A stretch of DNA of 64,000 bases, taken from the NCBI GenBank assembly GCA_041688005.1, contig JBDNJA010000183.1, positions 7,952 to 71,951 on the forward strand, given 5' to 3'. The notes beneath the pieces are model-generated. The model saw nothing but the letters and a program-made list of their open reading frames with translations. It searched no databases and had not been told where the DNA came from. The first letter of the stretch is position 1; each line of letters begins with the position of its first letter. Both the position numbers and the translations under genes were made by a program. Source of the stretch: Gammaproteobacteria bacterium (GTDB lineage: Bacteria; Pseudomonadota; Gammaproteobacteria; GCA-001735895). Below, in pieces: positions 50,750-61,111 of this stretch.

Positions 50750-51064
50750 TTAGCTCTTTTCGGGGCGAGCTTTCTGACTTTCATCGATGCAACATTCTTC
50801 AGTCAGGTACTTTACTAGTTCGTCTAATACCTGGTATTGCATTTTACAAAACAAGGTCGCTTGATCTCTCTCCTGACATATCACCTCAGCGTTCTTTAAA
50901 TGGGCAATGTGGTGAGTCAGGGTCGAGCCTGGAATCCCCAATGTTTTTTGAATGCTGCCCACTGGGAGTCCATTCGATCCGGCTCGAACCAGTAAGCGGA
51001 CAATTCTTAATCGCGTTGGATTTCCGATTTTACTTAGGATGAGGGCGGCGGTTTCTAGTTGCAT
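50750..51064 (-). CDS. arsR: ArsR/SmtB-family metalloregulatory transcriptional repressor
   Basis: 104 aa winged HTH (GNPTRLRIVRLL...VGSIQ) immediately upstream of arsP. Confidence 0.75.
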   Translation of the reverse strand: MQLETAALILSKIGNPTRLRIVRLLVRAGSNGLPVGSIQKTLGIPGSTLTHHIAHLKNAEVICQERDQATLFCKMQYQVLDELVKYLTEECCIDESQKARPEKS

Positions 51065-51373
51065 GGTTACAAAATAGCAGGCGTAAAATATTTGTCAAAC
51101 TATATTACTAGTTTAATCGAAATAAAAAAACCTTGCGCAATACACGAGATATTTGCCGTTTTGCTTAATAACGGGTTCAGTATTTCAGGATATGCAAGCG
51201 ACTAGTCAACTAGCAACTTTCAACGTCACTGGATCCCGGATCAAGCCCGGGATGACGATCAAAGTAAGTACCATTCCGTCTTGATCGTTTTAATTCGCAG
51301 GTAGCTTGACTGAGCCAGCTTGTTAATCACGTTGCTTCGTTTCCAGCCCTAAGCAGACTTAATCAGTGGCTTC

Positions 51374-51721
51374 CTAAAGCTGTTGTCGGCTTAATAATTT
51401 TTGACCCTGCTCATCTACTATTTGTTTTGCTTTAGCGATGGAGTGATCAATGGCTAACTGTTGATCGCCATTTTGATCTGCTCGGATGAATTGAATGCGT
51501 TTGGTCTCACCATCTAACTCACCACTAATATAGCCTGCGGTGCGAAACTTGCCATCGTTAACGATGGGCGCTGGTTCAATTTTAAAGCCGTTGTATTCGA
51601 GTGCATCGCATTGTAATTCTTTCGGTTCGGATGGTTTCGATTCACCACCGAACAAAGATTTGAAAATTTTACCGATAGCCATTGTCTCGCCCAAAAGGAA
51701 TGTAGGGCAGGATAATATCAC
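51374..51721 (-). CDS. hypothetical protein
   Basis: 115 aa ORF upstream of the acyl-CoA synthetase gene; no recognisable family. Confidence 0.35.
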   Translation of the reverse strand: MILSCPTFLLGETMAIGKIFKSLFGGESKPSEPKELQCDALEYNGFKIEPAPIVNDGKFRTAGYISGELDGETKRIQFIRADQNGDQQLAIDHSIAKAKQIVDEQGQKLLSRQQL

Positions 51722-53262
51722 GCACTGGCGATGGCAGCTTCCGAGAGTTTCAAACGTTGGATTTTTCCGGAGGGTCCCTTTGGTAGTTCATCCATAAAAG
51801 TAATCGTCTTTGGTGCTTTAAATTCCCCCAGCTTTTCAATGCAAAGTTCGCGCAGTTCTTCTGGTGTGCACTGGGCGCCTGGTTTTAAACTCACGCAGGC
51901 AAAAACTTCTTGTCCGTATCGTTTGTCAGGTATAGCAAAGGCGGCGGCCTCTAGCACGGCGCTATGTTGATACAGTGCTTCGTCAATTTCCCTTGGAGCT
52001 ATCTTTTCACCACCTTTAATAATGATTTCTTTCAAGCGACCAGTGATGAAATAATACCCATCGTCGTCAACGTAGGCTAAATCTCCGGTGTGTAGCCAGC
52101 CATCTGCTCGAAGGGTGCTGGCGGTGGTTGCGGGGTTTTTGTAATACTCTTTCATGACATTATCGCCACGGATCATGAGTTCTCCGGATAGGCCTGTTTC
52201 TTGTTCATTTCCCTGTTTGTCAATGATCATAGCCTCGTTGCCAATGGCAACCCCGGGCGAGCCATATTTGGGGGAAGCGGGTGGCATTGGGTTCGACAAA
52301 ATTTGTGCTGCGGTTTCACTGAGGCCCATGGTTTCGACAAGAGGGACGGCAAATTGCTGCTCGAATTGCCGGTGCATTTCAGGAGAAAGCGGTGCCGAAG
52401 CAGAGCGGCCAAAGCGTAACTTAGGTCGATCGGAAGACAGGCAAGTGGGTTCTTTGAGGCGCTCGGCTTGCTCTAGCAGATAGGCAATAATAGTGGGTAC
52501 AACGCTAAACCAGCTGCATTGCCATTGATCGATCAGCGACCAGAAGTCAGTGATGCTGAATTTATTCGGCATCACCACGCTGCTGCCGCTAACCAGTGGT
52601 CCCATGACGGTCACCATCTCGCCGTTGATGTGATAAAGTTGGAGCACACACAGCGCACGATCATCGGTCGTCAGCTGATGTGAGAGCGCTGTATTCATGC
52701 CACCCGCTACGACTGACTTATGGGTTAGCAGTACGCCTTTTGGCCGACCTGTGGTGCCTGACGTGTAAATTAGTAAGGCGTCGTTCGCTGGCTCTATATG
52801 AGTTTGATGATTGGTTTTAGTTGATTCGACTAGTGTATCAATTGGCCATACTGGCCCATTGTTTCTGCAGGCATGAATAACGTTGATATCATCCGCTAAA
52901 CTATCAAAAACGTTCTTATATTTTTGCTCGAGATCGGCTTCAACAAATAATACCTTTGCATTACAATGATCAATCACATATTGCAGTTGATCACTACCAC
53001 AAACCGCATTGAGCGGCACAACGACTCGACCGCTGTACATGGCGCCAAGAAATAGCGTCGTTGTCCAGAGCCCATTGGTCATCAAGAAAGCAACCTTGTC
53101 CCCTTTATTGATGCCTAATGCGGCTAGATGAAGCTCAATATGAGATATGCTTTTCTGGAGATCACCAAAACTAAGCTCAGATCCAATTTCAGGAGAGACT
53201 AAAAAACAGGCATCGCCCTGAGTTCTAGCGCGGTCATCGATATGGGCTTTGACAGTATTCAT
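51718..53262 (-). CDS. AMP-dependent acyl-CoA synthetase/ligase
   Basis: 514 aa with AMP-binding motifs (YTSGTTGRPKG, GWLHTGD). Confidence 0.8.
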   Translation of the reverse strand: MNTVKAHIDDRARTQGDACFLVSPEIGSELSFGDLQKSISHIELHLAALGINKGDKVAFLMTNGLWTTTLFLGAMYSGRVVVPLNAVCGSDQLQYVIDHCNAKVLFVEADLEQKYKNVFDSLADDINVIHACRNNGPVWPIDTLVESTKTNHQTHIEPANDALLIYTSGTTGRPKGVLLTHKSVVAGGMNTALSHQLTTDDRALCVLQLYHINGEMVTVMGPLVSGSSVVMPNKFSITDFWSLIDQWQCSWFSVVPTIIAYLLEQAERLKEPTCLSSDRPKLRFGRSASAPLSPEMHRQFEQQFAVPLVETMGLSETAAQILSNPMPPASPKYGSPGVAIGNEAMIIDKQGNEQETGLSGELMIRGDNVMKEYYKNPATTASTLRADGWLHTGDLAYVDDDGYYFITGRLKEIIIKGGEKIAPREIDEALYQHSAVLEAAAFAIPDKRYGQEVFACVSLKPGAQCTPEELRELCIEKLGEFKAPKTITFMDELPKGPSGKIQRLKLSEAAIASA

Positions 53263-53264
53263 TT

Positions 53265-54692
53265 TTAAGACGTCGCCTCGATATTATGCTTACTCCAAAA
53301 TTCACCAAAGATATCAGCATCAGATGGCTGGTTCTTGGGTATCGTTCGAGCAATTCGAGTCGTATTGAGATAGTGAGTGTAATTCAAGTTATCTGGAATG
53401 CTATTGCTACCCCAGGAGCCACAGCCCATCGATAGCGAAAACGGTAGGCCATTATCAAAACTACCACCCGTTGCAAAGCAATGAGCCTGATTCACTATGA
53501 CTCGACAAGTTGGCAATTCTAAACCAAGTTTTAAAACATGCTCATCATTGTTGGTATGAATACCAACAGAATGTCCTTTGCCTTTGTAGTTCAAAATTTC
53601 ATTCACGATTGCAAATGCATGATCAAAATGTCGGGCTCGGTAAACGGTGAGTACTGGACTCAGTTTTTCATCAGAAAAAGGATAATCTGGCCCGATACCT
53701 GTCTCTTCAACCAGTAACATACTGGCTTGTTTTAGTGCCGGTCGATTGAGGCCTGTTACCTGACTAATCCTGGCTGCACTCTGGGCAATAACATCCCTGC
53801 TCAAATGACCATTCTGCCAAAGGCCCTCTTGTAATGTTTGTTTTTCCTCGGCATCGAGCATGCAGGCGCCTTGTTCACTCAATGCTTTAATCATAAGGTC
53901 ATAGACGCTATCGACAATAACGATACTGTTTTCAGAAGAACAACTAGTGGCATTATCGAAGGTTTTTGATGCTTTTATTTTAGCGGCCGCATCATTTAAG
54001 TCAGCACTATCATCAATAATTACGGATACGTTGCCAGCACCAACGCCCAGTGCCGGTGTCCCACTTTCATAGCAGGCTTTAACGTTGTTGCCAGAGCCTG
54101 TCGCGACGATTAGATCGACTTGACGCATGAGCTCATAGGCGTCTGCTTTGTTGACGGGTAATGACAAATGCTGAATAAGGTCAGTCGGCGCGCCCACGCG
54201 TTTTAACTCAACGTGCATCAGTTCGACCAACTTTTCACATACTTTCTGGCCCTTAGGAGAGGGCGCCAGAATAATGGCATTGCGCCCCTTCAGTGCATTG
54301 ATGGTTTTATTGACGGGCGTGGCAACCGGATTAGTGGAGGGTACGACAGCACCAACAACGCCTACGGGTCGTGCAATTTCTACTAATCCTTTTTCTGGGT
54401 ACTCAGCAATAACGCCGACTGATTTTGCGCCTTGTAGGTCGCGCAATAGCCCCAGTGTTTTTCGATAATTTTTAATTACTTTATCTTCATATTTACCAAT
54501 GCCTGTGTCTGCAATAGCCATCGATGTTAGCAGATAATTATTGTCTGGATTAATAATCGTCCAGCCAATGGCAGTGACAACTTCATCGACCTGAGCCTGG
54601 TTATATTCATTGTAAATTTGTTGCGCCGCACGTGCTTTCACAATTAGTGAAGCCACACTATTTTTCACCTGTGAATTTTCATCCGAGGGCAT
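53265..54692 (-). CDS. CoA-acylating aldehyde dehydrogenase (EutE/PduP/SucD-like)
   Basis: 475 aa; ALDH-superfamily fold of the acylating subgroup, with catalytic Cys in NATSCSSEN. Confidence 0.7.
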   Translation of the reverse strand: MPSDENSQVKNSVASLIVKARAAQQIYNEYNQAQVDEVVTAIGWTIINPDNNYLLTSMAIADTGIGKYEDKVIKNYRKTLGLLRDLQGAKSVGVIAEYPEKGLVEIARPVGVVGAVVPSTNPVATPVNKTINALKGRNAIILAPSPKGQKVCEKLVELMHVELKRVGAPTDLIQHLSLPVNKADAYELMRQVDLIVATGSGNNVKACYESGTPALGVGAGNVSVIIDDSADLNDAAAKIKASKTFDNATSCSSENSIVIVDSVYDLMIKALSEQGACMLDAEEKQTLQEGLWQNGHLSRDVIAQSAARISQVTGLNRPALKQASMLLVEETGIGPDYPFSDEKLSPVLTVYRARHFDHAFAIVNEILNYKGKGHSVGIHTNNDEHVLKLGLELPTCRVIVNQAHCFATGGSFDNGLPFSLSMGCGSWGSNSIPDNLNYTHYLNTTRIARTIPKNQPSDADIFGEFWSKHNIEATS

Positions 54693-54806
54693 TTTTCTGA
54701 TCTCCAGGTACTTTATTCTTCGTTGTAGCTTTGAAGGTTAACCGGGAGCATTAGTCTCCCGGTTAAACGGTTGTTGTCTTACTTATGAAGGACTACTTGT
54801 GAAAGA

Positions 54807-55802
54807 TTACTTAAGGTCTTTCAGTAACTCAGTCAGTGCTGCCTGGCGCTCTTTCCACATAGCGATTACTTCGTTGCGGGTCATAATGCGGACAGGCGAG
54901 TTAGTTTGCTTCATTTTCCCCAACGTCTTTTTATCATTAAACATAACGGGCACTGTTTTTTCGAGATAACTGATAACATCGGCCGGCGTTCCTTTTGGTA
55001 CCATTAATCCACGAAAATTGACGCTGGAATTATCAACCGCAATTCCAAGTTCCTTGAAAGTGGGGACATCGGGCAGGAAGGCATGGCGTTCAAGATCGGC
55101 AACAGCCAGGATCTTGATATCACCTTGTGCACGTGCCGCGTCAGACAGGTTATTAAAACCAGCTTTAACCTGTCCCCCTTTAACTAACTTCATTGCGCCA
55201 ACGCCACCTCTACCTGGCACATATGTTAAGTCGATGCCAGCCGCTTTTTCGAATTGCAAATGAGCAATATGATGACCAACAAATTTACCGGCACCACTAA
55301 CAGTGACTTTACCAGGGTTCTTCTTGGCGAATGCGACCAGCTCCTGCGCGGTATTAAATTGACTATCCTTGCCAACAATCAAAACCGCTGGATCAGCGCC
55401 CCAGTTTCCCACTGGTTCAAGATTATTAATATTATATTTGGTATCAAATACTATCGATTGCGCAATGAAATGAGGCACATTGTAGGCTGCTAGCATATAA
55501 CCATCAGCAGGTGCTTTATCGGCAAACCAGTTCCAGCCCTTGCGGCCACCGGCCCCTGGCTTGTTGGTTACATAAATTGGTTGGCCAACTGAAAGCGCCT
55601 TGCCATCTTTTTCTTTGGCTGAAGCCAGGGTTGCGATACGGGCCTGGAAGTCAGTTGCACCACCTGGATTGTAAGCAACCATAACGCCAATGGGTCGGTC
55701 AGGGTAATCCGCATAACTGGCACCGGCGGCGCCAAGCAGTAGTGCCGTTGAAGCGATAGTGATCGCGGTTTTTCTAAACAGTCTACTATTTTTCATGTTC
55801 AT
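54807..55802 (-). CDS. tctC: Tripartite tricarboxylate transporter substrate-binding protein TctC (Bug family)
   Basis: 331 aa with signal peptide; Bug/TctC family. Confidence 0.75.
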   Translation of the reverse strand: MNMKNSRLFRKTAITIASTALLLGAAGASYADYPDRPIGVMVAYNPGGATDFQARIATLASAKEKDGKALSVGQPIYVTNKPGAGGRKGWNWFADKAPADGYMLAAYNVPHFIAQSIVFDTKYNINNLEPVGNWGADPAVLIVGKDSQFNTAQELVAFAKKNPGKVTVSGAGKFVGHHIAHLQFEKAAGIDLTYVPGRGGVGAMKLVKGGQVKAGFNNLSDAARAQGDIKILAVADLERHAFLPDVPTFKELGIAVDNSSVNFRGLMVPKGTPADVISYLEKTVPVMFNDKKTLGKMKQTNSPVRIMTRNEVIAMWKERQAALTELLKDLK

Positions 55803-55919
55803 TTCTCTTCCTCTTCGTTGTAAATTTTTGATTTTACGTGCTTAAACTATATTAATAAATCCGCATTCACGTTATGAGGATTTACTTCCAAACCTATCAC
55901 CCGATTAATAAGGTTCCTA

Positions 55920-56390
55920 CTAAAAAATCCAACCGGTTGGTGTTCTTACATGCAATCCTTGCCAAAACAATAAGTAGAGTACGAATACAAAACTAATCGA
56001 TACAGTCACCTTTTTAAAAAAAGCTTTTGGATCAGTCATTTCACGTTTTCCATACAGCATTAAAAAAGCGAGAAATACAAAAAAAGAACTGGTATAAAAT
56101 CCAACCGTGTCCATTAGAGTCAGATATATAAATCCGATGGCCAGGCCCGGTAAAATTTTCATGAAATTGCTTTCTTTATTCTGGTCTGCGGTGCTTTTCT
56201 CTGAGACTTTACTGGCTTGCAAGCTTGAAATAAGCAAAACAATTGAAAAGCTTAGTAAGGCCAGCGCAATAATTCGTGGGAATAAATAGATATCAGAATC
56301 AGTGCCATAGAAAGCAAGGAAACTAAATAATCCTGCAATAGCGAGCGAATAAAATGCAGTAGTCAGTTCTGGGTTTCTTAAATTACTCAT
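55920..56390 (-). CDS. tctB: Tripartite tricarboxylate transporter small membrane subunit TctB
   Basis: 156 aa, four TM; adjacent to tctA. Confidence 0.65.
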   Translation of the reverse strand: MSNLRNPELTTAFYSLAIAGLFSFLAFYGTDSDIYLFPRIIALALLSFSIVLLISSLQASKVSEKSTADQNKESNFMKILPGLAIGFIYLTLMDTVGFYTSSFFVFLAFLMLYGKREMTDPKAFFKKVTVSISFVFVLYLLFWQGLHVRTPTGWIF

Positions 56391-57883
56391 TATTGCATCA
56401 CCTTCTTTTTCATTTTCTGGCTGGCATATACGCTGTAAGCAACAGAGCCTAATGTGGCCGCGATTAACGTCATATTAATAGGGCCTGATACAAAGTAATT
56501 GAGTGCGCCGTCACCGGCTTCACCGATGAGCTTACCCATCAAAAAATTGTCTTCGGCTATAGGGCCCAAAATAACGCCAAGCACCATTGGCGCTGGGCCA
56601 AATCCGAGCTTGCTGGCGAAATACATGGTGACACCCAGGACGCCCATCAAAAGCACATCGGAATAACTCGACTGAATACTATAGGTGCCAAACACGGCTA
56701 ACACGAGGATAGATGCAGCCATGTAATGTGGGGGTACTTTCATAATCCAGCCGCTATGTCTGCTTAAAAAGAGGCCTATTACGAGCATAAAAACCTGAGC
56801 AACAATGAGCGAGTCAATAAACGTCCAGATGACCTCAGCATGCACAGTAAACAGGTCTGGGCCGGGGAACAGCCCATGAATGAGTAGACCGCCCAATAAC
56901 ACAGCTGCGGTAGGGCTACCTGGAATACTCAAAGTGAGTAGTGGCACCAACGAAGGCCCTACCATTGCATTGTTAGCGGATTCAGCTGCGATAATGCCAT
57001 CTGGCTCTCCTTGACCAAATTTTTCGGGGTTCTTGCTGGTCTTTTTAATTTGATCATAGGCAACTAGTCCGGCTATTTGGCCACCAGCACCAGGTATGAC
57101 CCCGACTATCGCACCGATAATCGATCCCATCGCGAGTGCTTTTATACGCGTTACATTGTATTTAAACGAAGTAACCCACCTTGCTTCACTCAATGCAAAC
57201 ATACCCGCTTCCGATTTGCCGGATTCTTCCAGTAACGTCAGTATTTGGGGTAATGCGAATAGGCCGATCAATGCGACGACAATGTGAATGCCACTTTCCA
57301 TGTGCTCGCTGTAAACGAATCGCTGCTCGCCAAGCATTGGGTTGTCACCGATAGTCGATACCGCTAGCCCGAATAGCCCGGCCATCAAACCCTTTATGAC
57401 CGATTTACTGCCAATCGTGCCAATGACGGTTATGCCTAAAATGGCTATCCAGAAGAGTTCAGTAGGGCCAAACTTTAGGGCAAGTTCTGCCAGTGGTGGG
57501 GTGAAAAATATCAGGATGATGATGCCGGAAATACCACCGACGAAGGAACTCAGAAAGCAATAGTGCAGGGCTTCAGAGGCACGACCCTGACGCGCCATTT
57601 GATGACCATCGAGTGCGGTAGCGATATTAGCTGGCGCGCCGGGCACATTAACTAAAATAGCACTGATGGCGCCACCAGCAACCGTTGCGGTATACATTGC
57701 GCCCAGTAAAATCAGACCGCTAGCGGGTTCCATGTGGAAGGTAAACGGAATAATTAAAGCGACAGCCATAGTTGGACTTAAACCAGGCAATGCGCCTAAA
57801 ATTAAGCCAGCTGTTGTGCCACCAAATAAAAGTAATAGATGGTAGGGCGTGAAAACATTACCGAAATAGTTAAGAAAGTCCAT
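56390..57883 (-). CDS. tctA: Tripartite tricarboxylate transporter large permease TctA
   Basis: 497 aa polytopic TctA-family permease. Confidence 0.8.
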   Translation of the reverse strand: MDFLNYFGNVFTPYHLLLLFGGTTAGLILGALPGLSPTMAVALIIPFTFHMEPASGLILLGAMYTATVAGGAISAILVNVPGAPANIATALDGHQMARQGRASEALHYCFLSSFVGGISGIIILIFFTPPLAELALKFGPTELFWIAILGITVIGTIGSKSVIKGLMAGLFGLAVSTIGDNPMLGEQRFVYSEHMESGIHIVVALIGLFALPQILTLLEESGKSEAGMFALSEARWVTSFKYNVTRIKALAMGSIIGAIVGVIPGAGGQIAGLVAYDQIKKTSKNPEKFGQGEPDGIIAAESANNAMVGPSLVPLLTLSIPGSPTAAVLLGGLLIHGLFPGPDLFTVHAEVIWTFIDSLIVAQVFMLVIGLFLSRHSGWIMKVPPHYMAASILVLAVFGTYSIQSSYSDVLLMGVLGVTMYFASKLGFGPAPMVLGVILGPIAEDNFLMGKLIGEAGDGALNYFVSGPINMTLIAATLGSVAYSVYASQKMKKKVMQ

Positions 57884-57928
57884 GCTCTCTATTGTCTCCT
57901 CATTTATTGGGTTTTTCTTATAGTTATT

Positions 57929-57948
57929 TAACTCATATACATGAGTTA
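57929..57948. promoter_or_regulatory. 8-bp inverted repeat TAACTCAT-atac-ATGAGTTA upstream of tctA; candidate GntR-type operator
   Basis: Read directly in the tctA-gntR intergenic region. Confidence 0.4.
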
Positions 57949-58159
57949 GTTGTATCGATTCTTGCAGCAGTTTACAATCAAGTCAATTAATTTTTAGAGA
58001 TGCCCTTATTGTGGCGAAATGCCTTATTAGGCGATTAAGCCACTCGATTTGAATTGGCAATTAGGATTTAATAGCTGAATAGATACCTATATTAGTCAAA
58101 CCCTAAACATGAACTCTGAATAACTCGATAACTCAATTATTTGGAAATAAAGGACGTCA

Positions 58160-58879
58160 ATGAACCATCGAGCACGTAAACCACTCTATCGAGTCGTCGA
58201 AGACTACTTAGTTGCCTTTATCGATTCAGGTGAATTAGTGTCGGGTGACTTGATACCTTCCGAGCTCCAGCTAGCAGCAACACTGGGAGTTAGTCAGGGT
58301 ACCGTAAAAAAAGCGATCGATAATCTGGTATGGGAGAAAAAACTTTATCGTCATCAGGGTAAAGGTACCTACGTGTCGCGAATCGACTTCAATAACAGCC
58401 TGTTTAAATACTTCTCGTACGGTGGTGCAGAAGGTGAAGATGTTCGTATCGACAAAAAGACATCCGAGCGCCATATAGAAAAGGGTAATCGTATCAATTG
58501 CCAGAAAATGGCGATACCCACCCATTCCGAGTTACTTTATATCGAGAGAATTGGCTATATCGACAAAAAACCGGTGATGGTTGAGTATTCACGCTGGCGA
58601 GCCGATCTATTGCCTGGCCTTGAAAATGAAGATATTCATATCCCCGATCTGTTTTATGCGGTTGTTGTTGATAAATACAACATTCCCATTATCAAGGCGG
58701 CTGAAACCTTAATCGCCGAAGGTGCAACAGAAAAAACTGCGGCCATTTTAGACATCGAAGTAAACGCGCCTGTATTGGTATTAAATCGAACGACGTATAC
58801 TCGCGATAATCAAGTAATTGAAATTAGAACCACCAAAGGGCGTGGTGATATGTTTAGTTACAAAACCGAAATTAATTAG
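58160..58879 (+). CDS. GntR-family transcriptional regulator (HutC subfamily, UTRA effector domain)
   Basis: 239 aa; N-terminal GntR HTH and C-terminal UTRA domain. Confidence 0.8.
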   Translation: MNHRARKPLYRVVEDYLVAFIDSGELVSGDLIPSELQLAATLGVSQGTVKKAIDNLVWEKKLYRHQGKGTYVSRIDFNNSLFKYFSYGGAEGEDVRIDKKTSERHIEKGNRINCQKMAIPTHSELLYIERIGYIDKKPVMVEYSRWRADLLPGLENEDIHIPDLFYAVVVDKYNIPIIKAAETLIAEGATEKTAAILDIEVNAPVLVLNRTTYTRDNQVIEIRTTKGRGDMFSYKTEIN

Positions 58880-58896
58880 CATTTTTTTTAAAACTC

Positions 58897-58936
58897 AAGG
58901 GCGCCTCTAAAAAAGTGCATTTTTAGAGGTGCCCTT
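58897..58936 (+). terminator. Long hairpin AAGGGCGCCTCTAAAAA-N5-ATTTTTAGAGGTGCCCTT after the gntR gene
   Basis: 17-bp stem with one G:U pair; read directly. Confidence 0.45.
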
Positions 58937-58955
58937 AAATCAAGAGGTTATATCC

Positions 58956-59399
58956 ATGGAATACACCGTCTACCTATCGGGTGAAATACACACTGACTGG
59001 CGTGAAAAAATTAAGCAAGGTGCCGAGGCATTGGCTCTGCCCATTATTTTTATTTCAGCTGTTACCAATCATGAAGCAAGTGATGCGGCGGGTGATGTGC
59101 TCGGTGCCGAGACCAATAGCTTTTGGCGCGATCACAAATCTGCCAAAGTGAATGCGATTCGCACTAAAAATATGCTAGAACAATGTGATATCGCCATCAT
59201 CCGTTTTGGCGATAAATACAAACAATGGAATGCCGCTTTCGATGCAGGATATTGCGCCGCACTCGGCACGCCTTATATTACTTTGCATGGTGAGGATATT
59301 ATTCACCCGCTGAAAGAAGTAGACGGTGCCGCCATGGCCTGGGCTCAAACACCGGAGCAGGTGGTTGAGGTTTTGAAGCATGTGGCTAGTAAGCCTTAA
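58956..59399 (+). CDS. YtoQ-family protein (nucleoside 2-deoxyribosyltransferase-like fold)
   Basis: About 147 aa from MEYTVYLSGEIH with an AAGAGG RBS. Confidence 0.6.
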   Translation: MEYTVYLSGEIHTDWREKIKQGAEALALPIIFISAVTNHEASDAAGDVLGAETNSFWRDHKSAKVNAIRTKNMLEQCDIAIIRFGDKYKQWNAAFDAGYCAALGTPYITLHGEDIIHPLKEVDGAAMAWAQTPEQVVEVLKHVASKP

Positions 59400-59448
59400 A
59401 CATATTTCTCAGTAGATTCATCCTAAGTCCGATAGACTCTAGCCACCT

Positions 59449-59850
59449 CTAGTTAATGGCTTTACTCGCTTCACTAGCGTATGAACTTTCGACATTAGAC
59501 GAATTATAGGCGGTGATCAAAAAATACCAGGTAGCTGCAGCAAGCTCTTCTATTAAGTAGCTGCTAAGGGCTGTACCGACTAAAGTGACGGAATTACTAT
59601 AACTTCCGGGTGCTGTACCGTAATAGATCTTATATCCAGCAAGGTCGGTTAATGCAGAGTTATCAGTATTCTGCGTTGGTGGCGTCCACGATAATAGCGC
59701 AGTACCGATACCATCTTGCACGGTTATATCAACGGTATCACTTACCGTACCTGAGGTTCCTGTGCAACTTAAGACATAATTGCTATCGGCAGTCAGTGAG
59801 TCCATGGTTTGCGAACCCGACACGCCTTTACTACCAGTCCAATCGAGACA
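59449..59850 (-). CDS. Fibronectin type III domain protein fragment, 5' end replaced by an IS30 remnant
   Basis: Fn3-like C-terminal part (LSWTPPTQNTD...GYKIYYGTAPGSY). The N-terminal ~25 codons of the listed ORF are encoded antisense to IS30-homologous sequence. Confidence 0.45.
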   Translation of the reverse strand, partial: CLDWTGSKGVSGSQTMDSLTADSNYVLSCTGTSGTVSDTVDITVQDGIGTALLSWTPPTQNTDNSALTDLAGYKIYYGTAPGSYSNSVTLVGTALSSYLIEELAAATWYFLITAYNSSNVESSYASEASKAIN

Positions 59851-59851
59851 A

Positions 59852-60712
59852 GGACACTCTTCAATTATCGCAGCGGCTGTTGGTACTAGCCAGCCAACCA
59901 TCAGCAGGGAGCTTCGACGCAATAAAGATTCTTGTGGTTATCGGTATAAGCAGGCGCAGAACTTAAGTGAAAACAGACGCTTAATCGCCACTAGGCCGAT
60001 AAAAATGTCGCCTCAGATAACGAACTTAATCGATTCGAAGTTACTCCTAAAATGGAGTCCGGACCAAATTTCAGGTTGGTTACGAAGAGAGAAAGATACG
60101 TTAATCAGCTATGAAACTATCTATCAATATATTTGGCGTGACAAGCAATCAGGCGGCCTGTTATATCAAGACCTACGACGTCAAGGAAAGCGCTATCAGT
60201 CACGCCGCAAGAGCTATGCTGGGCGAGGCCACATCAAGAATCGAGTCAGTATTGATGAGCGCCCAGCCATAGTTGAGGAGAAATCTCGTGTTGGGGATTG
60301 GGAAATTGACCTGGTGATTGGCAAGGGTCACAGTGGTGCACTCGTCACGATTGTCGATAGGGCAACGAGCTTTACCGTTTCCAAGCAAGTCAATAGTAAG
60401 TCAGCCGATGTCGTTACCGCCGCAACGATCACGGCCGATAATGGGAAAGAGTTTGCGTACCATGAACAAATCACCAAAGCGCTAGGCGCTGCGGTCATTT
60501 TGCAGATCCGTACAGTTCATGGCAACGAGGATTGAATGAGAATACGAATGGGCTACTTAGACAGTATTGGCCAAAGCATACTGATTTCAAGCTGGTGACG
60601 CAAAGAACAGTGGCATCTGTGATAGCCTCCCTTAACAATAGACCGAGAAAGAAGCTCAACTATCACACCGGCTAATAAAATGGCCGAACACATGGCAGCA
60701 CTAGCTGCTTAA
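59852..60712 (+). pseudogene. IS30-family transposase, 5'-truncated and carrying at least two frameshifts
   Basis: ...GTSQPTISRELRRN (HTH), WSPDQISGWL, DDE core GDWEIDLVIG...TITADNGKEFAYH. Homology then continues in another frame (NENTNGLLRQY...LNNRPRKKLNYHT) and a third (TPANKMAEHMAALAA*). Confidence 0.75.
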
Positions 60713-61111
60713 TTGGTTATGCACTTCAAGGTTGAATCTGCCTCACAAATTGTTATTTATTTTCTGAAACCGACGGTTATTTCCGGTTGTAGATTAGGTT
60801 ATTTTTAAGAGTTCCTGTCCCTTATTGTTGAAAATATTTCCTCACTTTTCCTACGGTTTAATACTCAATGCATTCAGCAAAAAAAAGAATGATAATGAAG
60901 CCGCTGAACAATTAAATTCGGCACGAGATACTCTTTTTAAACAGCTACATGAACGACATGATTTAAGGGCCTAATTCAATTTTGGATTAACCCTGTTTCA
61001 GGCTCATTCCCGGATTGGGAAATACTTGGACAAGGAATCACTCTCTTTTTTCAGGGACGCCTCTGGGTATAGCGGGGTTATTTTGTTAGTAGGTCTTTTT
61101 TTCAGCCCTAT

